Part shown: piece by piece, positions 11,878 to 24,903 of the stretch | How the letters are laid out: the number at the start of each line of letters is the position of its first letter | Numbering within the stretch: the stretch's first letter is position 1 | Notes under the pieces: model-generated | What the model was told of the DNA's origin: nothing | What the model saw: the letters and a program-made list of their open reading frames with translations, nothing else | The model's database searches: none | Assembly: GCA_964057225.1 (NCBI GenBank) | Contig: OZ059898.1 | Location: 2,914,001 to 2,978,000, forward strand | DNA length: 64,000 bases | Reading direction: 5' to 3' | From: Auanema rhodensis | Taxonomy: Eukaryota; Animalia; Nematoda | Position numbers and translations under genes: made by a program

Positions 11878-14800
11878 TGATAAGCGTTTTTCAATGTAGT
11901 ATAGTGCATTCGATGCGGATTTTTAAGCTGCGTCGATCTGTGTTATCAGATTTGCGCTAGCTTAAAAATGCACCGAGATATCAACTGATATAAGTTCACA
12001 CTTATATCCTCGATTTTCATCCTGAAGAATTAATTTTTTCGTTGAATAACATTGTCCATAGTCTTTGCCTTGAAAAATGGAATCTAAAAACATCTACTTT
12101 TTGCTAAATTATTTTGAAATTTTTCGAAAAAATTTTTGTCAAAATGTTTTTGGAAGCAATGTTGAGTGTACATGGAAACTCAACATACACTAATGCATCA
12201 TTTTTCAAACGATCATAACTAATTTTTGTATTAAGCGTTTTTCAATGTAGTATAGTGCATTCGATGCGGATTTTTAAGCTGCGTCGATCTGTGTTATCAG
12301 ATTTGCGCTAGCTTAAAAATGCACCGAGATATCAACTGATACAAGTTCACACTTATATCCTCGATTCTCACCCTGAAGAAATAATTTTTTCGTTGAATAA
12401 CATTGTCCATCGTCTTTGCCTTAAAAAAAGGATTCTAAAAACATCTACTTTTTGCTAAATTATTTTGAAATTTTTCGAAAAAATTTTTGTCAAAATGTTT
12501 TTGGAAGCAATGTTGAGTGTACATGGAAACTCAACATACACTAATGCATCATTTTTCAAACGATCTTAACTAATTTTTGTATCAAGCGTTTCTTAATGTA
12601 GTATAGTGCATTCGATCCGGATTTTTAAGCTGCGTCGATCTGTGTTATCAGATTTGCGCTAGCTTAAAAATGCACCGAGATATCAACTGATATAAGTTCA
12701 CACTTATATCCTCGATTTTCACCCTGAAGAAATAATTTTTTCGTTGAATAACATTGTCCATCGTCTTCGCCTTGAAAAAAGGAATCTAAAAACATCTACT
12801 TTTTGCTAAATTATTTTGAAATTTTTCGAAAAAATTTTTGTCAAAATGTTTTTGGAAGCAATGTTGAGTGTACATGGAAACTCAACATACACTAATGCAT
12901 CATTTTTCAAACGATCATAACTAATTTTTGTATTAAGCGTTTCTCAATGTAGTATAGTGCATTCGATGTGGATTTTTAAGCTGCGTCGATCTGTGTTATC
13001 AGATTTGCGCTAGCTTAAAAATGCACCGAGATATCAACTGATATAAGTTCACACTTATATCCTCGATTTTCACCCTGAAGAATTAATTTTTTCGTTGAAT
13101 AACATTGTCTATCGTCTTTGCCTTGAGAAATGGAATCTAAAAACATCTACTTTTTGCTAAATTATTTTGAAATTTTTCGAAAAAATTTTTGTCAAAATGT
13201 TTTTGGAAGCAATGTTGAGTGTACATGGAAACTCAACATACACTAATGCATCATTTTTCAAACGATCATAACTAATTTTTCTATAAAGCGTTTCTCAATG
13301 TAGTATAGTGCATTCGATGCGGATTTTTAAGCTGCGTCGATCTGTGTTATCAGATTTGCGCTAGCTTAAAAATGCACCGAGATATCAACTGATATAAGTT
13401 CACACTAAAATCCTCGATTTTCACCCTGAAGAATTAATTTTTTCGTTGAATAACATTGTCCATCGTCTTTGCCTTGAAAAAAGAAATCTAAAAACATCTA
13501 CTTTTTGCCAAATTATTTTGAAATTTTTCGAAAAAATTTTTGTCAAAATGTTTTTGGAAGCAATGTTGAGTGTACATGGAAACTCAACATACACTAATGC
13601 ATCATTTTTCAAACGATCATAACTAATTTTTGTATTAAGCGTTTCTCAATGAAGTATAGTGCATTCGATGCGGATTTTTAAGCTGCGTCGATCTGTGTTA
13701 TCAGATTTGCGCTAGCTTAAAAATGCACCGAGATATCAACTGATATAAGTTCACACTAAAATCCTCGATTTTCACCCTGAAGAATTAATTTTTTCGTTGA
13801 ATAACAATGTCCATCGTCTTTGCCTTAAAAAAAGGAATCTAAAAACATCTACTTTTGCTAGATTATTTTGAAATTTCTCGAAAAAATTTTTGTCAAAATG
13901 TTTTTGGAAGCAATGTTGAGTGTACATAGAAACTCAACATACACTAATGCATAATTTTTCAAACGATCATAACTAATTTTTGTATTAAGCGTTTCTCAAT
14001 GAAGTATAGTGCATTCGATGCGGATTTTTAAGCTGCGTCGATCTGTGTTATCAGATTTGCGCTAGCTTAAAAATGCACCGAGATATCAACTGATATAAGT
14101 TCCCACTTATATCCTCGATTTTCACCCTGAAGAATTGATTTTTTCGTTGAATAACATTGTCCATCGTCTTTGCCTTGAAAAAAGGAATCTAAAAACATCT
14201 ACTTTTGCTAGATTATTTTGAAATTTTTCGAAAAAATTTTTGTCAAAATGTTTTTGGAAGCAATGTTGAGTGTACATAGAAACTCAACATACACTAATGC
14301 ATAATTTTTTAAACGATCATAACTAATTTTTTTATTAAGCGTTTTTCAATGTAGTATAGTGCATTCGATGCGGATTTTTAAGCTGCGTCGATCTGTGTTA
14401 TCAGATTTGCGCTAGCTTAAAAATGCACCGAGATATCAACTGATATAAGTTCACACTAAAATCCTCGATTTTCACCTTGAAGAATTAATTTTTTCGTTGA
14501 ATAACAATGTCCATCGTCTTTGCCTTAAAAAAAGGAATCTAAAAACATCTACTTTTGCTAGATTATTTTGAAATTTCTCGAAAAAATTTTTGTCAAAATG
14601 TTTTTGGAAGCAATGTTGAGTGTACATAGAAACTCAACATACACTAATGCATAATTTTTCAAACGATCATAACTAATTTTTGTATTAAGCGTTTTTCAAT
14701 GTAGTATAGTGCATTCGATGCGGATTTTTAAGCTGCGTCGATCTGTGTTATCAGATTTGCGCTAGCTTAAAAATGCACCGAGATATCAACTGATATAAGT

Positions 14801-17800
14801 TCACACTTATATCCTCGATTTTCACCCTGAAGAATTAATTTTTTCGTTGAATAACATTGTCCATCGTCTTTGCCTTGAAAAAAGGAATCTAAAAACATCT
14901 ACTTTTGCTAGATTATTCTGAAATTTTTCGAAAAAATTTTTGTCAAAATGTTTTTGGAAGCAATGTTGAGTGTACATAGAAACTCAACATACACTAATGC
15001 ATAATTTTTTAAACGATCATAACTAATTTTTGTATTAAGCGTTTCTCAATGAAGTATAGTGCATTCGATGCGGATTTTTAAGCTGCGTCGATCTGTGTTA
15101 TCAGATTTGCGCTAGCTTAAAAATGCACCGAGATATCAACTGATATAAGTTCACACTAAAATCCTCGATTTTCACCCTGAAGAATTAATTTTTTCGTTGA
15201 ATAACAATGTCCATCGTCTTTGCCTTAAAAAAAGGAATCTAAAAACATCTACTTTTGCTAGATTATTTTGAAATTTCTCGAAAAAATTTTTGTCAAAATG
15301 TTTTTGGAAGCAATGTTGAGTGTACATAGAAACTCAACATACACTAATGCATAATTTTTCAAACGATCATAACTAATTTTTGTATTAAGCGTTTTTCAAT
15401 GTAGTATAGTGCATTCGATGCGGATTTTTAAGCTGCGTCGATCTGTGTTATCAGATTTGCGCTAGCTTAAAAATGCACCGAGATATCAACTGATATAAGT
15501 TCCCACTTATATCCTCGATTTTCACCCTGAAGAATTAATTTTTTCGTTGAATAACATTGTCCATCGTCTTTGCCTTGAAAAAAGGAATCTAAAAACATCT
15601 ACTTTTGCTAGATTATTTTGAAATTTTTCGAAAAAATTTTTGTCAAAATGTTTTTGGAAGCAATGTTGAGTGTACATAGAAACTCAACATACACTAATGC
15701 ATAATTTTTTAAACGATCATAACTAATTTTTTTATTAAGCGTTTTTCAATGTAGTATAGTGCATTCGATGCGGATTTTTAAGCTGCGTCGATCTGTGTTA
15801 TCAGATTTGCGCTAGCTTAAAAATGCACCGAGATATCAACTGATATAAGTTCACACTAAAATCCTCGATTTTCACCCTGAAGAATTAATTTTTTCGTTGA
15901 ATAACAATGTCCATCGTCTTTGCCTTAAAAAAAGGAATCTAAAAACATCTACTTTTGCTAGATTATTTTGAAATTTCTCGAAAAAATTTTTGTCAAAATG
16001 TTTTTGGAAGCAATGTTGAGTGTACATAGAAACTCAACATACACTAATGCATAATTTTTCAAACGATCATAACTAATTTTTGTTTTAAGCGTTTTTCAAT
16101 GTAGTATAGTGCATTCGATGCGGATTTTTAAGCTGCGTCGATCTGTGTTATCAGATTTGCGCTAGCTTAAAAATGCACCGAGATATCAACTGATATAAGT
16201 TCACACTTATATCCTCGATTTTCACCCTGAAGAATTAATTTTTTCGTTGAATAACATTGTCCATCGTCTTTGCCTTGAAAAAAGGAATCTAAAAACATCT
16301 ACTTTTGCTAGATTATTCTGAAATTTTTCGAAAAAATTTTTGTCAAAATGTTTTTGGAAGCAATGTTGAGTGTACATAGAAACTCAACATACACTAATGC
16401 ATAATTTTTTAAACGATCATAACTAATTTTTTTATTAAGCGTTTTTCAATGTAGTATAGTGCATTCGATGCGGATTTTTAAGCTGCGTCGATCTGTGTTA
16501 TCAGATTTGCGCTAGCTTAAAAATGCACCGAGATATCAACTGATATAAGTTCACACTTATATCCTCGATTTTCACCCTGAAGAATTAATTTTTTCGTTGA
16601 ATAACATTGTCCATCGTCTTTGCCTTGAAAAAAGGAATCTAAAAACATCTACTTTTGCTAGATTATTCTGAAATTTTTCGAAAAAATTTTTGTCAAAATG
16701 TTTTTGGAAGCAATGTTGAGTGTACATAGAAACTCAACATACACTAATGCATAATTTTTTAAACGATCATAACTAATTTTTGTGATAAGCGTTTTTCAAT
16801 GTAGTATAGTGCATTCGATGCGGATTTTTAAGCTGCGTCGATCTGTGTTATCAGATTTGCGCTAGCTTAAAAATGCACCGAGATATCAACTGATATAAGT
16901 TCACACTTATATCCTCGATTTTCATCCTGAAGAATTAATTTTTTCGTTGAATAACATTGTCCATAGTCTTTGCCTTGAAAAATAAAATCTAAAAACATCT
17001 ACTTTTTGCTAAATTATTTTGAAATTTTTCGAAAAAATTTTTGTCAAAATGTTTTTGGAAGCAATGTTGAGTGTACATGGAAACTCAACATACACTAATG
17101 CATCATTTTTCAAACGATCATAACTAATTTTTGTATTAAGCGTTTTTCAATGTAGTATAGTGCATTCGATGCGGATTTTTAAGCTGCGTCGATCTGTGTT
17201 ATCAGATTTGCGCTAGCTTAAAAATGCACCGAGATATCAACTGATACAAGTTCACACTTATATCCTCGATTCTCACCCTGAAGAAATAATTTTTTCGTTG
17301 AATAACATTGTCCATCGTCTTTGCCTTAAAAAAAGGATTCTAAAAACATCTACTTTTTGCTAAATTATTTTGAAATTTTTCGAAAAAATTTTTGTCAAAA
17401 TGTTTTTGGAAGCAATGTTGAGTGTACATGGAAACTCAACATACACTAATGCATCATTTTTCAAACGATCTTAACTAATTTTTGTATCAAGCGTTTCTTA
17501 ATGTAGTATAGTGCATTCGATCCGGATTTTTAAGCTGCGTCGATCTGTGTTATCAGATTTGCGCTAGCTTAAAAATGCACCGAGATATCAACTGATATAA
17601 GTTCACACTTATATCCTCGATTTTCACCCTGAAGAAATAATTTTTTCGTTGAATAACATTGTCCATCGTCTTCGCCTTGAAAAAAGGAATCTAAAAACAT
17701 CTACTTTTTGCTAAATTATTTTGAAATTTTTCGAAAAAATTTTTGTCAAAATGTTTTTGGAAGCAATGTTGAGTGTACATGGAAACTCAACATACACTAA

Positions 17801-19642
17801 TGCATCATTTTTCAAACGATCATAACTAATTTTTGTATTAAGCGTTTCTCAATGTAGTATAGTGCATTCGATGTGGATTTTTAAGCTGCGTCGATCTGTG
17901 TTATCAGATTTGCGCTAGCTTAAAAATGCACCGAGATATCAACTGATATAAGTTCACACTTATATCCTCGATTTTCACCCTGAAGAATTAATTTTTTCGT
18001 TGAATAACATTGTCTATCGTCTTTGCCTTGAGAAATGGAATCTAAAAACATCTACTTTTTGCTAAATTATTTTGAAATTTTTCGAAAAAATTTTTGTCAA
18101 AATGTTTTTGGAAGCAATGTTGAGTGTACATGGAAACTCAACATACACTAATGCATCATTTTTCAAACGATCATAACTAATTTTTCTATAAAGCGTTTCT
18201 CAATGTAGTATAGTGCATTCGATGCGGATTTTTAAGCTGCGTCGATCTGTGTTATCAGATTTGCGCTAGCTTAAAAATGCACCGAGATATCAACTGATAT
18301 AAGTTCACACTAAAATCCTCGATTTTCACCCTGAAGAATTAATTTTTTCGTTGAATAACATTGTCCATCGTCTTTGCCTTGAAAAAAGAAATCTAAAAAC
18401 ATCTACTTTTTGCCAAATTATTTTGAAATTTTTCGAAAAAATTTTTGTCAAAATGTTTTTGGAAGCAATGTTGAGTGTACATGGAAACTCAACATACACT
18501 AATGCATCATTTTTCAAACGATCATAACTAATTTTTGTATTAAGCGTTTCTCAATGAAGTATAGTGCATTCGATGCGGATTTTTAAGCTGCGTCGATCTG
18601 TGTTATCAGATTTGCGCTAGCTTAAAAATGCACCGAGATATCAACTGATATAAGTTCACACTAAAATCCTCGATTTTCACCCTGAAGAATTAATTTTTTC
18701 GTTGAATAACAATGTCCATCGTCTTTGCCTTAAAAAAAGGAATCTAAAAACATCTACTTTTGCTAGATTATTTTGAAATTTCTCGAAAAAATTTTTGTCA
18801 AAATGTTTTTGGAAGCAATGTTGAGTGTACATAGAAACTCAACATACACTAATGCATAATTTTTCAAACGATCATAACTAATTTTTGTATTAAGCGTTTT
18901 TCAATGTAGTATAGTGCATTCGATGCGGATTTTTAAGCTGCGTCGATCTGTGTTATCAGATTTGCGCTAGCTTAAAAATGCACCGAGATATCAACTGATA
19001 TAAGTTCCCACTTATATCCTCGATTTTCACCCTGAAGAATTAATTTTTTCGTTGAATAACATTGTCCATCGTCTTTGCCTTGAAAAAAGGAATCTAAAAA
19101 CATCTACTTTTGCTAGATTATTTTGAAATTTTTCGAAAAAATTTTTGTCAAAATGTTTTTGGAAGCAATGTTGAGTGTACATAGAAACTCAACATACACT
19201 AATGCATAATTTTTTAAACGATCATAACTAATTTTTTTATTAAGCGTTTTTCAATGTAGTATAGTGCATTCGATGCGGATTTTTAAGCTGCGTCGATCTG
19301 TGTTATCAGATTTGCGCTAGCTTAAAAATGCACCGAGATATCAACTGATATAAGTTCACACTAAAATCCTCGATTTTCACCCTGAAGAATTAATTTTTTC
19401 GTTGAATAACAATGTCCATCGTCTTTGCCTTAAAAAAAGGAATCTAAAAACATCTACTTTTGCTAGATTATTTTGAAATTTCTCGAAAAAATTTTTGTCA
19501 AAATGTTTTTGGAAGCAATGTTGAGTGTACATAGAAACTCAACATACACTAATGCATAATTTTTCAAACGATCATAACTAATTTTTGTATTAAGCGTTTT
19601 TCAATGTAGTATAGTGCATTCGATGCGGATTTTTAAGCTGCG
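11878..19642. repeat. Block duplication with a 14-monomer (4905-bp) offset: ~11878-14737 copied at ~16783-19642
   Basis: Rare markers occur in the same order in both copies: GTGATAAG, TTCATCC/CCATAG, GATACAAG/GGATTCT/GATCCGG, TTCGCC/GATGTGG, GAGAAATGG, GCCAAA, TTCCCAC. The ORF copies at 13421 and 18326 differ by 4905. Confidence 0.9.
13688..16837. repeat. Run of nine 350-bp variant monomers containing a 4-mer (1400-bp) HOR
   Basis: Starts 13688, 14038 ... 16488 are spaced by 350. All carry CTTTTGCTAGA and CATAGAAAC. Order is E-F-E-G-E-F-E-G-G (E=CTAAAATC, F=TTCCCAC, G=ATTCTG). Confidence 0.9.
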
Positions 19643-22600
19643 TCGATCTGTGTTATCAGATTTGCGCTAGCTTAAAAATGCACCGAGATATCAACTGATA
19701 TAAGTTCACACTTATATCCTCGATTTTCACCCTGAAGAATTAATTTTTTCGTTGAATAACATTGTCCATCGTCTTTGCCTTGAAAAAAGAAATCTAAAAA
19801 CATCTACTTTTTGCTAAATTATATTGAAATTTTTCGAAAAAATTTTTGTCAAAATGTTTTTGGAAGCAATGTTGAGTGTACATGGAAACTCAACATACAC
19901 TAATGCATCATTTTTCAAACGATCATAACTAATTTTTCTATAAAGCGTTTCTCAATGTAGTATAGTGCATTCTATGCGGATTTTTAAGCTGCGTCGATCT
20001 GTGTTATCAGATTTGCGCTAGCTTAAAAATGCACCGAGATATCAACTGATATAAGTTCACACTTATATCCTCGATTTTCACCCTGAAGAATTAATTTTTT
20101 CGTTGAATAACATTGTCCATCGTCTTTGCCTTGAAAAAAGGAATCTAAAAACATCTACTTTTTGCTAAATTATATTGAAATTTTTCGAAAAAATTTTTGT
20201 CAAAATGTTTTTGGAAGCAATGTTGAGTGTACATGGAAACTCAACATACACTAATGCATCATTTTTCAAACGATCATAACTAATTTTTCTATAAAGCGTT
20301 TTTCAATGTAGTATAGTGCATTCGATGCGGATTTTTAAGCTGCGTCGATCTGTGTTATCAGATTTGCGCTAGCTTAAAAATGCACCAAGATATCAACTGA
20401 TATAAGTTCACACTTATATCCTCGATTTTCACCCTGAAGAATTAATTTTTTCGTTGAATAACATTGTCCATCGTCTTTGCCTTGAAAAAAGAAATCTAAA
20501 AACATCTATTTTTTGCTAAATTATATTGAAATTTTTCGAAAAAATTTTTGTCAAAATGTTTTTGGAAGCAATGTTGAGTGTACATGGAAACTCAACATAC
20601 ACTAATGCATCATTTTTCAAACGATCATAACTAATTTTTGTATTAAGCGTTTTTCAATGTAGTATAGTGCATTCGATCCGGATTTTTAAGCTGCGTCGAT
20701 CTGTGTTATCAGATTTGCGCTAGCTTAAAAATGCACCGAGATATCAACTGATATAAGTTCACACTTATATCCTCGATTTTCACCCTGAAGAAATAATTTT
20801 TTCGTTGAATAACATTGTCCATCGTCTTCGCCTTGAAAAAAGGAATCTAAAAACATCTACTTTTTGCTAAATTATTTTGAAATTTTTCGAAAAAATTTTT
20901 GTCAAAATGTTTTTGGAAGCAATGTTGAGTGTACATGGAAACTCAACATACACTAATGCATCATTTTTCAAACGATTATAACTAATTTTTGTATTAAGCG
21001 TTTCTCAATGTAGTATAGTGCATTCGATGTGGATTTTTAAGCTGCGTCGATCTGTGTTATCAGATTTGCGCTAGCTTAAAAATGCACCGAGATATCAACT
21101 GATATAAGTTCACACTTATATCCTCGATTTTCACCCTGAAGAATTAATTTTTTCGTTGAATAACATTGTCTATCGTCTTTGCCTTGAGAAATGGAATCTA
21201 AAAACATCTACTTTTTGCTAAATTATTTTGAAATTTTTCGAAAAAATTTTTGTCAAAATGTTTTTGGAAGCAATGTTGAGTGTACATGGAAACTCAACAT
21301 ACACTAATGCATCATTTTTCAAACGATCATAACTAATTTTTCTATAAAGCGTTTCTCAATGTAGTATAGTGCATTCGATGCGGATTTTTAAGCTGCGTCG
21401 ATCTGTGTTATCAGATTTGCGCTAGCTTAAAAATGCACCGAGATATCAACTGATATAAGTTCACACTAAAATCCTCGATTTTCACCCTGAAGAATTAATT
21501 TTTTCGTTGAATAACAATGTCCATCGTCTTTGCCTTAAAAAAAGGAATCTAAAAACATCTACTTTTGCTAGATTATTTTGAAATTTCTCGAAAAAATTTT
21601 TGTCAAAATGTTTTTGGAAGCAATGTTGAGTGTACATAGAAACTCAACATACACTAATGCATAATTTTTCAAACGATCATAACTAATTTTTGTATTAAGC
21701 GTTTTTCAATGTAGTATAGTGCATTCGATGCGGATTTTTAAGCTGCGTCGATCTGTGTTATCAGATTTGCGCTAGCTTAAAAATGCACCGAGATATCAAC
21801 TGATATAAGTTCACACTTATATCCTCGATTTTCACCCTGAAGAATTAATTTTTTCGTTGAATAACAATGTCCATCGTCTTTGCCTTGAAAAAAGAAATCT
21901 AAAAACATCTACTTTTTGCTAAATTATTTTGAAATTTCTCGAAAAAATTTTTGTCAAAATATTTTTGGAAGCAATGTTGAGTGTACATAGAAACTCAACA
22001 TACACTAATGCATAATTTTTCAAACGATCATAACTAATTTTTGTATTAAGCGTTTTTCAATGTAGTATAGTGCATTCGATGCGGATTTTTAAGCTGCGTC
22101 GATCTGTGTTATCAGATTTGCGCTAGCTTAAAAATGCACCGAGATATCAACTGATATAAGTTCACACTTATATCCTCGATTTTCACCCTGAAGAATTAAT
22201 TTTTTCGTTGAATAACAATGTCCATCGTCTTTGCCTTGAAAAAAGAAATCTAAAAACATCTACTTTTTGCTAAATTATATTGAAATTTTTCGAAAAAATT
22301 TTTGTCAAAATATTTTTGGAAGCAATGTTGAGTGTACATGGAAACTCAACATACACTAATGCATCATTTTTTAAACGATCATAACTAATTTTTTTATTAA
22401 GCGTTTTTCAATGTAGTATAGTGCATTCGATGCGGATTTTTAAGCTGCGTCGATCTGTGTTATCAGATTTGCGCTAGCTTAAAAATGCACCGAGATATCA
22501 ACTGATATAAGTTCACACTTATATCCTCGATTTTCACCCTGAAGAATTAATTTTTTCGTTGAATAACATTGTCCATCGTCTTTGCCTTGAAAAAAGGAAT

Positions 22601-24903
22601 CTAAAAACATCTACTTTTGCTAGATTATTTTGAAATTTTTCGAAAAAATTTTTGTCAAAATGTTTTTGGAAGCAATGTTGAGTGTACATAGAAACTCAAC
22701 ATACACTAATGCATAATTTTTTAAACGATCATAACTAATTTTTTTATTAAGCGTTTTTCAATGTAGTATAGTGCATTCGATGCGGATTTTTAAGCTGCGT
22801 CGATCTGTGTTATCAGATTTGCGCTAGCTTAAAAATGCACCGAGATATCAACTGATATAAGTTCACACTTATATCCTCGATTTTCACCCTGAAGAATTAA
22901 TTTTTTCGTTGAATAACATTGTCCATCGTCTTTGCCTTGAAAAAAGAAATCTAAAAACATCTACTTTTTGCTAAATTATATTGAAATTTTTCGAAAAAAT
23001 TTTTGTCAAAATGTTTTTGGAAGCAATGTTGAGTGTACATGGAAACTCAACATACACTAATGCATCATTTTTCAAACGATCATAACTAATTTTTCTATAA
23101 AGCGTTTCTCAATGTAGTATAGTGCATTCTATGCGGATTTTTAAGCTGCGTCGATCTGTGTTATCAGATTTGCGCTAGCTTAAAAATGCACCAAGATATC
23201 AACTGATATAAGTTCACACTTATATCCTCGATTTTCACCCTGAAGAATTAATTTTTTCGTTGAATAACATTGTCCATCGTCTTTGCCTTGAAAAAAGGAT
23301 TCTAAAAACATCTACTTTTTGCTAAATTATTTTGAAATTTTTCGAAAAAATTTTTGTCAAAATGTTTTTGGAAGCAATGTTGAGTGTACATGGAAACTCA
23401 ACATACACTAATGCATCATTTTTCAAACGATCTTAACTAATTTTTGTATCAAGCGTTTCTTAATGTAGTATAGTGCATTCGATCCGGATTTTCAAGCTGC
23501 GTCGATCTGTGTTATCAGATTTGCGCTAGCTTAAAAATGCACCGAGATATCAACTGATATAAGTTCACACTTATATCCTCGATTTTCACCCTGAAGAATT
23601 AATTTTTTCGTTGAATAACATTGTCCATCGTCTTTGCCTTGAAAAAAGGAATCTAAAAACATCTACTTTTTGCTAAATTATATTGAAATTTTTCGAAAAA
23701 ATTTTTGTCAAAATGTTTTTGGAAGCAATGTTGAGTGTACATGGAAACTCAACATACACTAATGCATCATTTTTCAAACGATCATAACTAATTTTTCTAT
23801 AAAGCGTTTTTCAATGTAGTATAGTGCATTCGATGCGGATTTTTAAGCTGCGTCGATCTGTGTTATCAGATTTGCGCTAGCTTAAAAATGCACCAAGATA
23901 TCAACTGATATAAGTTCACACTTATATCCTCGATTTTCACCCTGAAGAATTAATTTTTTCGTTGAATAACATTGTCCATCGTCTTTGCCTTGAAAAAAGA
24001 AATCTAAAAACATCTATTTTTTGCTAAATTATATTGAAATTTTTCGAAAAAATTTTTGTCAAAATGTTTTTGGAAGCAATGTTGAGTGTACATGGAAACT
24101 CAACATACACTAATGCATCATTTTTCAAACGATCATAACTAATTTTTGTATTAAGCGTTTTTCAATGTAGTATAGTGCATTCGATGCGGATTTTTAAGCT
24201 GCGTCGATCTGTTTTATCAGATTTGCGCTAGCTTAAAAATGCACCGAGATATCAACTGATATAAGTTCACACTTATATCCTCGATTTTCACCCTGAAGAA
24301 TTAATTTTTTCGTTGAATAACATTGTCCATCGTCTTTGCCTTGAAAAAAGGAATCTAAAAACATCTACTTTTGCTAGATTATTTTGAAATTTTTCGAAAA
24401 AATTTTTGTCAAAATGTTTTTGGAAGCAATGTTGAGTGTACATGGAAACTCAACATACACTAATGCATCATTTTTCAAACGATCATAACTAATTTTTCTA
24501 TAAAGCGTTTCTCAATGTAGTATAGTGCATTCGATGCGGATTTTTAAGCTGCGTCGATCTGTGTTATCAGATTTGCGCTAGCTTAAAAATGCACCAAGAT
24601 ATCAACTGATATAAGTTCACACTTATATCCTCGATTTTCACCCTGAAGAATTAATTTTTTCGTTGAATAACATTGTCCATCGTCTTTGCCTTGAAAAAAG
24701 AAATCTAAAAACATCTACTTTTGCTAGATTATTTTGAAATTTTTCGAAAAAATTTTTGTCAAAATGTTTTTGGAAGCAATGTTGAGTGTACATGGAAACT
24801 CAACATACACTAATGCATCATTTTTTAAACGATCATAACTAATTTTTTTATTAAGCGTTCTTCAATGTAGTATAGTGCATTCGATGCGGATTTTTAAGCT
24901 GCG

